DNA of 64,000 bases, taken from positions 124,001 to 188,000 of IMG/VR virus record IMGVR_UViG_3300027710_000011; one strand, written 5' to 3'. The position numbers and the translations under genes were made by a program. Positions 40,667 through 49,355 of this stretch are shown one piece after another. How positions within the stretch are numbered: position 1 is the stretch's first letter; each line of letters opens with the position of its first letter. The notes under the pieces were generated by a model, which searched no databases, was not told the DNA's origin, and saw nothing but the letters and a program-made list of their open reading frames with translations.

Positions 40667-41965
40667 TCAGACATAAAGTCTTTGCACGCCCTCAATGTCG
40701 AGATGTTTTGCCAGCTCGTCACAATCGATGTGTTCGTTTTTTGGTTTGAACGATTGTGCTTTACTCATAGCCGTCTTAGCGATCCATTCATACCCGCGTA
40801 AAGAATCCTCAATAGCATCAACAAGGTACTTGAACTCATAAATGAAGTTCTTGCAGGACTCTGTCAATCGCGAGATTGATTTTTGCGCAGTGAGGATGGC
40901 TTTCATGTTCTCATCGATGTTGCGCATTTCGTCATCACTGACTTTGCCACTCATGTCAATCTTGAACAAGACTAAACCAGACGCGCTACTTGAAAAATCA
41001 CCGAAGAAAGCAAGTACTTTCTTGTTCTCTTTCGCAAAAAAGAGCAATTCAACAAGCTCATTCGGCGTGAGAGTTTTCTCGCCGCTGCTTTCAGAATGAA
41101 GTCTTTTTTCAAGGATCGAATTAGCAAGTGAGTTTAACTCGCTCACCAATTCTTTATTTGTGAAGAAAACGCTATGTCTGACGTTATCCGAGTTTCTAAT
41201 GAAGTCTTTAATTTCATCTTGCAGCTTGTGTGCAACTTCAAAAGCTTTGTGAAACTGTTTAAGAGTTTCAGGATGAGCTTTTAAATAGCGCAAAAAGGAC
41301 AACCTCAAACCAAATCTGGAAATTGGCTTTCTGGCGTACCAGACTGAATCACGAGCAAACTTGTCAACAAACACCTGAGATTCACTCTCAGAAATCCCAT
41401 GCACATACTGCACCAAAGATTCAGCGTACTTGTAGTTATCGGCCAACATTTCTTGATATTGCACGACAAAATGAAGAACGGCGTCGTGGGCGTTTGAGAA
41501 TTTGTTGGCTTGCGCCAAGGTCTTCTCTTTCACTTCTGGATCCAAGAAACGCTTGATGGCGTGAATGATCTTACCCATCCATTCCTTGAATTTCTCCCAC
41601 ATCCTCGTAAGGATACTCTTTCTTTCTTCCTCTACTGCTTCGAGAGCAAAGCTGTAGCGAGTCTTCGTGATGTCTTGACTGTAAAAGCCCAAGGGACAAT
41701 CAGCAGTGACAAGGCTTGGAACCAAGCTCATTGATTCCATGGCCAGCTGTTGATTCATGCCGCCAAGGTTTTCCAACGTAGCTTGGAGGTAATCCAGGCC
41801 GCGTTGTTTCGTCATCAAGGCACTGATGTCCAAATCTTCATTCAGCTCAGGAACTTCACCTGGCACAACTTCTTGGAAGACGGCTTGGTCAAATTCCTTA
41901 GCCGCTTCCTTTGCCGGCTCGATGACTTCATTATCGAGCTCAACACCTTCGTTAAGGCTTGACAT
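40667..41965 (-). CDS. internal head protein (paralog of 39580-40599)
   Basis: Same leader, different C-terminal domain. Confidence 0.7.
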   Translation of the reverse strand: MSSLNEGVELDNEVIEPAKEAAKEFDQAVFQEVVPGEVPELNEDLDISALMTKQRGLDYLQATLENLGGMNQQLAMESMSLVPSLVTADCPLGFYSQDITKTRYSFALEAVEEERKSILTRMWEKFKEWMGKIIHAIKRFLDPEVKEKTLAQANKFSNAHDAVLHFVVQYQEMLADNYKYAESLVQYVHGISESESQVFVDKFARDSVWYARKPISRFGLRLSFLRYLKAHPETLKQFHKAFEVAHKLQDEIKDFIRNSDNVRHSVFFTNKELVSELNSLANSILEKRLHSESSGEKTLTPNELVELLFFAKENKKVLAFFGDFSSSASGLVLFKIDMSGKVSDDEMRNIDENMKAILTAQKSISRLTESCKNFIYEFKYLVDAIEDSLRGYEWIAKTAMSKAQSFKPKNEHIDCDELAKHLDIEGVQRLYV

Positions 41966-41975
41966 GGTTTAGTCC

Positions 41976-42506
41976 TTAGCAGACGGGCGCCGAAATTGGC
42001 GAGACAGTCGCGATGGCTTCACCGTTGTTGGCTGCCACTTCAGCGTTCTTGGCTTCTTGAGCATCCTTGAGCTTTTGCAAGATGTCGCGGATGCCGATTT
42101 CCAAGGCGCCGATGTGAGTGGCCATGCGGTTCAAGGCGTCCATCTCTTCACGAGAGAAGTTGCGAGCAACATTGAAGTAGCCGCAGAAGTAGTCGTCCGG
42201 AGTTGTTGTGTGAACACGACGAACGTGGATGGTTTCGTAGCGCATCATCCAGAACTTGCGAACCAGTTCCAGCGACAGACGCACATCGAAAGGAGCAACT
42301 TCATTGAAAGCACCAACGTGGTCACGAGCAATCATCGCGCCGGAACGAGCGAATTCGGAAACAGCGCTGTCCACCTTAGCGGCCGGCACGGCAATGAAGT
42401 CAGCCACGCTGCTAGCAACAGCGGCAGCAATAGCGAAGGTGCGATCAGGGCCGGTCAGGCGAATGGTGGAAACGTTGCTCAGAAACTTGATGTAATCGGT
42501 TTTCAT
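41976..42506 (-). CDS. virion protein (gp85-like)
   Basis: FNEV....V...FW..RY; synteny. Confidence 0.55.
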   Translation of the reverse strand: MKTDYIKFLSNVSTIRLTGPDRTFAIAAAVASSVADFIAVPAAKVDSAVSEFARSGAMIARDHVGAFNEVAPFDVRLSLELVRKFWMMRYETIHVRRVHTTTPDDYFCGYFNVARNFSREEMDALNRMATHIGALEIGIRDILQKLKDAQEAKNAEVAANNGEAIATVSPISAPVC

Positions 42507-42520
42507 AATTCTCTTTCAGT

Positions 42521-43873
42521 TCAGATGGATTTGAGAGCTGCCGCCTTGGCGTACAGATCATTGTGGGCGAGACCTTCCAGTTGCCTTTGGAAGGTTACGT
42601 TGGCTTGACGGTTAGCCGCGTTGGCGTTGAAGAAAGCAAAAACCTTCGAGACGAGCGTGGGCTCAGAAGAACCGAGCTTGAGCACCTTATCCATGAAGGC
42701 AAGTTCTTCGTTCAGTTGTTTAACGTACGCAGCGTTAAACTTGGTGTTACCGCGAGCCAGAGCAACTTTAATTGCCTGCACCTGCTGGTTACGCAGTCTG
42801 ACCAAACGACCGTGGTTGCTATCGTACATAGGTTCGAAAGGACTCACATCTTCTTTAGAGATGAGACCAACGCCTAGGATTGCGGCCACGATACCGATGA
42901 TGACCATGAACGGGGCACCAGTAGCGACCAAGCCACCACCTAGTACGGTTGCAACAAGACCGCCGACGAAACGCGCAGCTTGAGTGTAGTAGAGCGTGGC
43001 GCGATCTTGCATCGAATAGTCCGGATTCCATTTCATCAGCTTATTCAAAGCTGAGAACAAATGAGCGCCAGCACCATGTCGAGCCGCGTATTGATCGGCT
43101 AACATTTCAAAGGTGTTCATGTCGTAAAAGCTATGGCCGGATTGTGTCCGGATTGCTTTCATGCCATTGCTCAAAAGCACAGTGCTCACCACCATGTCTT
43201 CAGCGTTTTCAATGGACTGAACGACGTTACGATCAATGCCAAGATCCTTACCGGCAGTCCTGATAATCGTCGCGCGCTTGCTTGGTTCTTTCACATTCAG
43301 AAGATCGCGTTGCAGCTCAGCCAATACTTGATTGGTGGAGACTGAACGATCCAGGAATTCCAGCGATGTCCAGAAGTGACCGATCTCGTGCAAAAGCAAA
43401 GAGCAGTATTCTTCATCGGTGAACTTGGCACCGAATGCTTCCTTGTACAACATCTCTCGACTCATGCTGAGTTCGCCATGAATTGTCTTGGAGATGCTTC
43501 CTGTTGCGACACATTTCTTCAAATCGAGACTGACGCTGAGTTCCTTCTTGAACGCATTGATTGACTTGATAATTTCATCGTTATTATCGATGGCAACAAA
43601 GTCGTAGGAATTGAAGATGTGACTCCAATCCAAACGCGTGAAGAAGATAGAACCAGTGGCTCCGACCGCTAGATCAAAGTTGATGATCAAGCCAGTGCGA
43701 TCAAGCACTGTCTTACTCAACCTCTTCTCCAGGTTTTCCCACTCGGCGTTCGAAGCCGCAGCGCGTTGATCAGTCGGAAAAGTAGCCAGGTCAGCTAACA
43801 GATCTTTGAAGAAACCGTCACCTTGAAAATGTATAGCTTCTGTCGCAATTGACAGATTCTTTTCGGTGGACAT
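42521..43873 (-). CDS. virion protein (gp84-like) with HEXXH motif and a hydrophobic hairpin
   Basis: IATEAI.FQ N-terminus, LLHEIGH, EMLADQYAARHG, two Gly-rich hydrophobic segments, LE.LA.N.LY C-terminus. Confidence 0.65.
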   Translation of the reverse strand: MSTEKNLSIATEAIHFQGDGFFKDLLADLATFPTDQRAAASNAEWENLEKRLSKTVLDRTGLIINFDLAVGATGSIFFTRLDWSHIFNSYDFVAIDNNDEIIKSINAFKKELSVSLDLKKCVATGSISKTIHGELSMSREMLYKEAFGAKFTDEEYCSLLLHEIGHFWTSLEFLDRSVSTNQVLAELQRDLLNVKEPSKRATIIRTAGKDLGIDRNVVQSIENAEDMVVSTVLLSNGMKAIRTQSGHSFYDMNTFEMLADQYAARHGAGAHLFSALNKLMKWNPDYSMQDRATLYYTQAARFVGGLVATVLGGGLVATGAPFMVIIGIVAAILGVGLISKEDVSPFEPMYDSNHGRLVRLRNQQVQAIKVALARGNTKFNAAYVKQLNEELAFMDKVLKLGSSEPTLVSKVFAFFNANAANRQANVTFQRQLEGLAHNDLYAKAAALKSI

Positions 43874-43902
43874 GGTTTTGCCTTTTATGTTGTCAGTACT
43901 GT

Positions 43903-43917
43903 AATCACATAAATTAG
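43903..43917 (-). promoter_or_regulatory. putative late promoter (CTAATTTATGTGATT)
   Basis: 15-nt exact repeat of 45284-45298; contains the TATG core of phiKZ late promoters; lies upstream of a virion gene. Confidence 0.6.
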
Positions 43918-43939
43918 CGTAATGATTGACATACGCATA

Positions 43940-43966
43940 AAGAGGGAGGGTAGACCTCCCTCTTTA
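43940..43966. terminator. bidirectional terminator
   Basis: GCATAAAGAGGGAGG-GTAGA-CCTCCCTCTTTATGC. Confidence 0.8.
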
Positions 43967-43981
43967 TGCTACTTACGTCTG

Positions 43982-45220
43982 TTACCGGGAATTAATGAAT
44001 TCCTTGACCACACGCGTATTCAGATCATGGACAGACTTCCAGACCGTGTTCAAAACGTTCAAGCCCAAGACCACTTGAATCAAGTTCCCGCGAACCAAGA
44101 AGCTGTGGACTTGCGTCACATACTCGGAATGCGCGTCGAACGTACCTGTCGGACTCTTGACAGCTGAGTCGTTGAGTTTGTTCAAAGCATCCAAGAAGAC
44201 CTTGGAGTTAGTCGCGAAGAAATTCTTGATCTGGTTGGCGTACTTGACGATCTCGTCGTTCAGAGCCACCAAGCGATCTTGAAGATCTTGAGCTTTCATC
44301 AAGTTTGTCGTGATCGTCACGCGGCCCAATGCCAAGTCATCCTTGGCTGGAGGTTTGATCGAAGCACGATACTTCAACACGCCTGCATACTGGTTGTCTT
44401 TGATTTCTTCCAGGATGTGAATGCAGTTGAAAACCTTCAGCTCAGTAGCGAAGTGACGAGCCCTGCGCTCACCTTCTTCAACTACGTGTCTGCAGGTTTC
44501 ATCAAAGACTTGCAGATTTGCATCCGGCGCATTCATCAGCTTGTTGTAAGCTTCGATGACGAACTTGCAATGACGGAACTGCAAAGTCAACAATGCCACG
44601 GTGTCCTTGATGTAGCTAGCTGCCAACTGCTCCAACTTCTCAGTCTCAGCGATGATCTTCGAGTACTCGAGATGCAAGAAGCTTGGAATCTGGATAGGGA
44701 TTGAACCCGTTGAGTATCCTTCAGTAGCGACGGAAGGACTATCGGGCTGGCTTTTAGCCAGATCCAGTAAGCGCTGCGTTTCATTCAAGGAGCGCTTGTT
44801 CTGCTCTTCTGAACTGAGGATATGCATCACGTAGTTCTTGATGCGGTTGAACATGTCAACAGCAAACGCGATGATCTTCTTGATGAACTCTTTGATCTTG
44901 TCCATCACGCTGGCCTGCGCGCCTTCAACGGCTTCCAGAGCCAAGGCGTACTTTTGCTCTTTACTCAGGATACCAACTTGACGCTTGTTTGTACCGAGTA
45001 CGGCACAAGCCGCGCCGTAGCTTTCCATAACGAGCGAACCACTAGCGTCGTTGGCTTCGGTCAACTGACGCTTAAAGGCGCTGAGTTCGGCAGAACGCTG
45101 CAGAGATTCACTGAAGCCGGCCACGAGCTCATTGAGGTCGTTTGTGTACGACTCAGTGCAAAGCTCAGTAAGAGAAGTCTTTGGATCAACGAGAAGACTA
45201 TCCCAGATTATCTTGTTCAT
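43982..45220 (-). CDS. internal head protein
   Basis: LALE/VATE sites and the amphipathic helix VMDKIKEFIKKIIAF. Confidence 0.7.
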   Translation of the reverse strand: MNKIIWDSLLVDPKTSLTELCTESYTNDLNELVAGFSESLQRSAELSAFKRQLTEANDASGSLVMESYGAACAVLGTNKRQVGILSKEQKYALALEAVEGAQASVMDKIKEFIKKIIAFAVDMFNRIKNYVMHILSSEEQNKRSLNETQRLLDLAKSQPDSPSVATEGYSTGSIPIQIPSFLHLEYSKIIAETEKLEQLAASYIKDTVALLTLQFRHCKFVIEAYNKLMNAPDANLQVFDETCRHVVEEGERRARHFATELKVFNCIHILEEIKDNQYAGVLKYRASIKPPAKDDLALGRVTITTNLMKAQDLQDRLVALNDEIVKYANQIKNFFATNSKVFLDALNKLNDSAVKSPTGTFDAHSEYVTQVHSFLVRGNLIQVVLGLNVLNTVWKSVHDLNTRVVKEFINSR

Positions 45221-45283
45221 ACCAACCCTTAAAGCAAAAGATGTGTTTTTACAGGAACAATCTTTCCTGTGTTAAGGTACTGC

Positions 45284-45298
45284 AATCACATAAATTAG
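45284..45298 (-). promoter_or_regulatory. putative late promoter (CTAATTTATGTGATT)
   Basis: Exact repeat of 43903-43917. Confidence 0.6.
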
Positions 45299-45323
45299 AT
45301 TCATTGCTCATAAAAGGACTGAC

Positions 45324-47030
45324 ATGAGTAAAAACGCAATGCTCGATTTCAAACCCGAGGACATTGTCGGACGAGAATGTCGTCACGTCACCTATTGTCC
45401 TCCGAAAGACAACGGTCGTGGTGACTTGCACGTCATCAAGGAAATCTTGCACCTGAAGGACGGACGTATTGTTCCTAACCTGCGCAAGGTCTCCAATTAT
45501 CAACGCCCCTTCTGGATCACCAAGAAGGGTTATCAGAATCACAAGGACAAAAAAGAATCTGAAGAGATCTCGCGTCTCCAAGAATTCCGTTGCACCCAAA
45601 CTGATTTGACACGGCGTATCGCTATGGCGTTGGATAATCCAGGCATGCAGGGCGGTATGCGTCGTATTTGTCGCAGCCCCTACGTGTATGGTGCCGACAT
45701 CACGGCAGCTGCTCTGATCAAGCAGGGTTATATCGACAAGTGGCCTGACATCAATACGCCTTTCTCAGTCTGCTACGCTGATACGGAAACAGATGTGGTG
45801 ATTGGTCACGAGGAAATCCTCATGGCTACGGTGAGTTGGAAGGATAAGGCTTACACCGTTATCCAGGCCGACTTCGTTAAGGGTTTCTCCAACGTTATTC
45901 CTCGCTTGCACGCTATGGCTGAAAAGCTCATGGGTGACGTGATCAGGGAACGTAACCTCAAGTGGGAATTCGTTATCGCCAACAGCGAAGCCGAGGTGGT
46001 GATCAAGACGTTTGAGAAAGCGCACGAATGGGGTCCTGACTTCCTGGCCATCTGGAACATCGACTTCGACATCCCACGCATGATCAAAGCGTTGGAGAAG
46101 GTGGGCATTGATCCTGCTCAAGTTCTGTGCGATCCATCTATCCCGCCTGAGTTCCGTTTCTTCAAGTACAAACAGGGTCCAAGCCAGAAGGTTACAGCTT
46201 CCGGTAAGGCTACACCGATTAAACCCGCTGACCGCTGGCACACGCTGTACGCCCCTGCAAAGTTCTATGTCATCGACGGCATGTGTGCGTACAAGAAAGT
46301 CCGTACAGGCCAGCCTGAGCAATCCTCGTACGGTTTGGACGCCATCCTGACGGCTGAAGAGGTCGGTATCAATAAGCTGGACATCGAGGAAGCAAAACAC
46401 GTCGACGGTTTGGCTTGGCACCGCTTGATGCAAACCAAGTTCCAATTGGAATACATCATCTATAACGGTGGTGACTGCATCTGTGGTGAGAAGCTCGATG
46501 AGAAGATCAATGACTTGTCCATTGCGCTTCCCATGATGACTGGTTGCTCTGAGTTTGATAACGTCAAGTCTCAGCCTCGTCGTACGGTGGACATGCTTCA
46601 CACGTTTATGCAGAAGTACGGTCACGTCATTGGCACTACGTCCGATGAGATGAACGATGAGTTGGATGAACTCACAGTCGATCTTAAGGGTTGGATTGTG
46701 ATGCTTCCTGCCCACCAGGTTGCTGACAACGGTATTCAGATCATCGAAGAGATTCCGCATCTGCGCAGCAACATTCGCAGAGACGTGGGTGACTTGGACG
46801 TGAGTGCTAGTTATCCAAACGGTGGTGAGGTGTTCAACATCTCTAAGCACACGACGTCTAAGGAAATCATTGACATCGAAGGCGTCAGTGAATACCAGCG
46901 TCGAATGCAGGGCGTGAACTTGTCGGGAGGACACACGAACGCTGTGGAGATCTGTACGAATGTTCTTGGCCTTCCTGCCTTGCCTGATCTGTTACACAAG
47001 TTCAAGCAAGACAAGGGTTTGTTTAACTAG
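45324..47030 (+). CDS. split family-B DNA polymerase, exonuclease-containing part (phiKZ gp82-like)
   Basis: Exo I DTETD, Exo II WNIDFDI, SYGLDAIL, Exo III-like YIIYN..D and PolB motif A DLDVSASYP; no motif B or C. Confidence 0.8.
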   Translation: MSKNAMLDFKPEDIVGRECRHVTYCPPKDNGRGDLHVIKEILHLKDGRIVPNLRKVSNYQRPFWITKKGYQNHKDKKESEEISRLQEFRCTQTDLTRRIAMALDNPGMQGGMRRICRSPYVYGADITAAALIKQGYIDKWPDINTPFSVCYADTETDVVIGHEEILMATVSWKDKAYTVIQADFVKGFSNVIPRLHAMAEKLMGDVIRERNLKWEFVIANSEAEVVIKTFEKAHEWGPDFLAIWNIDFDIPRMIKALEKVGIDPAQVLCDPSIPPEFRFFKYKQGPSQKVTASGKATPIKPADRWHTLYAPAKFYVIDGMCAYKKVRTGQPEQSSYGLDAILTAEEVGINKLDIEEAKHVDGLAWHRLMQTKFQLEYIIYNGGDCICGEKLDEKINDLSIALPMMTGCSEFDNVKSQPRRTVDMLHTFMQKYGHVIGTTSDEMNDELDELTVDLKGWIVMLPAHQVADNGIQIIEEIPHLRSNIRRDVGDLDVSASYPNGGEVFNISKHTTSKEIIDIEGVSEYQRRMQGVNLSGGHTNAVEICTNVLGLPALPDLLHKFKQDKGLFN

Positions 47031-47054
47031 AATTAAACAAAAAAAGAAGTAGCA

Positions 47055-47086
47055 TAGAGAGGAGGCCTAGGCCTCCTCTCTTTATG
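47055..47086. terminator. bidirectional terminator
   Basis: AGAGAGGAGGCCTAGGCCTCCTCTCTTTATGC. Confidence 0.8.
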
Positions 47087-47095
47087 CGGTCTAGT

Positions 47096-47515
47096 TCAGG
47101 TGAACGGCGACTTTGTTTTACGACACGTCAGCTTCAGCTGAGGCATGCGGTAAGTCTTCTTGCGCATCATCATTGCAGTACCAGGAGAACCATCTTTAAG
47201 CTCTTCCTTGATGAGATTGATCAAGAAGGTGATGTTCTCTTTAATCTCATCGATTCTAGCCTTAGGGATTTTGTTCTTGTACTTAGCCTGCTTGTTGGTT
47301 ATCTCGCTGTTATAAACGTCTTCGCCCGCCACCTTAAGCGAGGATTCGCTATCAGTCATTCTCGCGGCCGAAATAAGGTAAAGACCACTGGTCGTGAAGA
47401 TCATTTGCTTATCGCCAACGATTCGACGATTACGAATACCCTTGGTTTCTTCCAGGAGTTTTTCCAACCGAAGCTCAACACTACGGTAGATTGTTTCTCT
47501 AGTCTTGCTAGTCAT
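47096..47515 (-). CDS. basic hypothetical protein
   Basis: 139 aa; AAGGAG SD. Confidence 0.7.
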   Translation of the reverse strand: MTSKTRETIYRSVELRLEKLLEETKGIRNRRIVGDKQMIFTTSGLYLISAARMTDSESSLKVAGEDVYNSEITNKQAKYKNKIPKARIDEIKENITFLINLIKEELKDGSPGTAMMMRKKTYRMPQLKLTCRKTKSPFT

Positions 47516-47539
47516 GACTATATCTCCTTGGTTGATTTA

Positions 47540-48088
47540 TCACTTGGTTGGTGGATCAAACTTCAAGGTCTTGGTGACCTCTTTCATTTGACGATACCAC
47601 TTTTTACAGCCGTTCTCATCAACTTCATCAGGGATAGGGAAGAAACGCTCAACCGGGCGACCATCTTGGTTGTTGATAGTAAAGATGGTCGAATCTCCGA
47701 AGGCTTCGAAGCCGCCTTGGAAGATAACACGAATCACGATATCTTCCGGATCTTTGTCTCTGCACCAGAGATGCAGGCTCACCGGACGGTACAAATGCCG
47801 GAAGGTAGCTTTCGTGCCATGATCCTCGACCTTCATCAAATACTGAGAGTAGAACATCAAATCCGAAATGGCAGCGCCGTTAGCGATCTGACGTTCGAAC
47901 CATTCACAGGCCTTGAGCGGGTAACCGTTAGTCATGTCGAACCATGCGTCGAGCGGATGGACCACGACGACATCACTGCGTATGGAATCGCCTTTTATTG
48001 TTTCTTTGATTTCATCCCAAGACTGATGCTTGATCAGCGCGAAGGTCTTACCTGTATCTTCGTTTTTAGTTGATTGTTCAACTGACAT
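47540..48088 (-). CDS. hypothetical protein
   Basis: 182 aa; AAGGAG SD; ACATATCAC motif at 48141-48149. Confidence 0.75.
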   Translation of the reverse strand: MSVEQSTKNEDTGKTFALIKHQSWDEIKETIKGDSIRSDVVVVHPLDAWFDMTNGYPLKACEWFERQIANGAAISDLMFYSQYLMKVEDHGTKATFRHLYRPVSLHLWCRDKDPEDIVIRVIFQGGFEAFGDSTIFTINNQDGRPVERFFPIPDEVDENGCKKWYRQMKEVTKTLKFDPPTK

Positions 48089-48171
48089 TTCATTTCTCCT
48101 TTATGATGTCTAACGGGATTGTTCCCAGCATCACAAGTAGGTGATATGTGGTTGAAAGTAAATAGACAGCA

Positions 48172-48202
48172 TAAAGCAGGTGAGGTTTCCCCCACCTGCT
48201 TT
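48172..48202 (-). terminator. intrinsic terminator
   Basis: AAAGCAGGTG-AGGTTTCCCC-CACCTGCTTT. Confidence 0.75.
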
Positions 48203-48462
48203 AGCCCAGACTCCGACATCTGATCACAATTGTTTTCACGCACCTTTCCCAAGAAGCGTGAACATATCGTGGTTAATACAAAAGAACAAAGTGTAGCTCA
48301 GCTACCCGCAAAAGTGTAGCAACAAACAGTAGTGGCTATTTGCTGAAACGCTTGCTTAGTCAGACCTCAAACAAGGTCATGGTTCCGTGATGACTCGCAG
48401 TTGAGACAATGCATCGGCAAGTTAATGACATGTGAGCTCACATATAAATGTAAGCGAATACG

Positions 48463-48897
48463 TCATTCCTCTTGTTTGCCAGGGTTCAACTTTGAACTGT
48501 ACGCTTTGACGCGCAACAGCTGTTCACTTGCTGACTTGATGCGGCATCCGCTCACACCAAGCTTTGTGGCCGTTTCAATCCACGTCTCGATTACCTTTGG
48601 GGCGGCTGGGTCTGTGGATCGCAGCAAGAAAACAGGTTCATCTTTCGGAATGTAAGGTGGTGTTCCTTCTGGTGGAAAGAATGCCAACATCTCTTGCATC
48701 CGATTTCGAATCTCTTCAAAATTAGATTGCTTAAACAAGATATCGACATTTAATAGGCGGAGAGCGTCGGCTGCAAATCTTCCCATTGCAGTATCTTCGC
48801 GGCCGTCATGGGTGGCTGACAATATTAGCCGAACAAGCATGTACTCGTACGGTGTTATGTCCTGGAAACATTCATACTTGTCGCTACCGTAGATCAT
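48463..48897 (-). CDS. hypothetical protein
   Basis: 144 aa; GAGGA SD; C-terminal DEPVFLLR..D..AP..I..W motif. Confidence 0.7.
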   Translation of the reverse strand: MIYGSDKYECFQDITPYEYMLVRLILSATHDGREDTAMGRFAADALRLLNVDILFKQSNFEEIRNRMQEMLAFFPPEGTPPYIPKDEPVFLLRSTDPAAPKVIETWIETATKLGVSGCRIKSASEQLLRVKAYSSKLNPGKQEE

Positions 48898-48948
48898 AGA
48901 CCATCCTCTTTAAGGATTCCCAACTCCGGCCCCCGACCCGGTTCATTT

Positions 48949-49266
48949 TTATTCCACCCTGGGTAAAGAGTCAACGATCTGCTGTTCTTTTTTCTGAGAC
49001 GTTGCGGCCAGCTTCAACATTTGGATTACTCTGTGTGTTGGCTGGTCAATAAATTCAGTAAAAGATAAGCCGAAGTGATCAAATATTCGTTTGGACTTGT
49101 ATTCTTTCATTCGCTCATGCACCGCACCGTCTGTGAATACGTCCTCGCATTCATTCATCAGGATGGGACCGTACGGATGTGCGTCCGTGGGGTCGTCGTG
49201 ATTACGAATGCCAAAGGTCTGTTCGTATCGATCTAACAAGAACAAACGAACAGACGTGGACGGCAT
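48949..49266 (-). CDS. small conserved protein (gp78-like), possibly the -1 frameshift extension of the upstream gene
   Basis: F..FGLSFTEFIDQP motif; frame is open upstream past 49410; no SD at the ATG. Confidence 0.6.
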   Translation of the reverse strand: MPSTSVRLFLLDRYEQTFGIRNHDDPTDAHPYGPILMNECEDVFTDGAVHERMKEYKSKRIFDHFGLSFTEFIDQPTHRVIQMLKLAATSQKKEQQIVDSLPRVE

Positions 49267-49355
49267 TTGAGGAGCTGACGCGATAAGGTCGTTTAATTCC
49301 CTATACGCATCAACTCCTTCCTCAAACTTCGGATCACAGACGTGAATGCTACCTG

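Noticed and set aside
48290-48330. GTAGCTCAG resembling a tRNA D-arm
   Set aside because: No T-arm (GTTCRA) or acceptor stem; no tRNA was recognised anywhere in the window by eye
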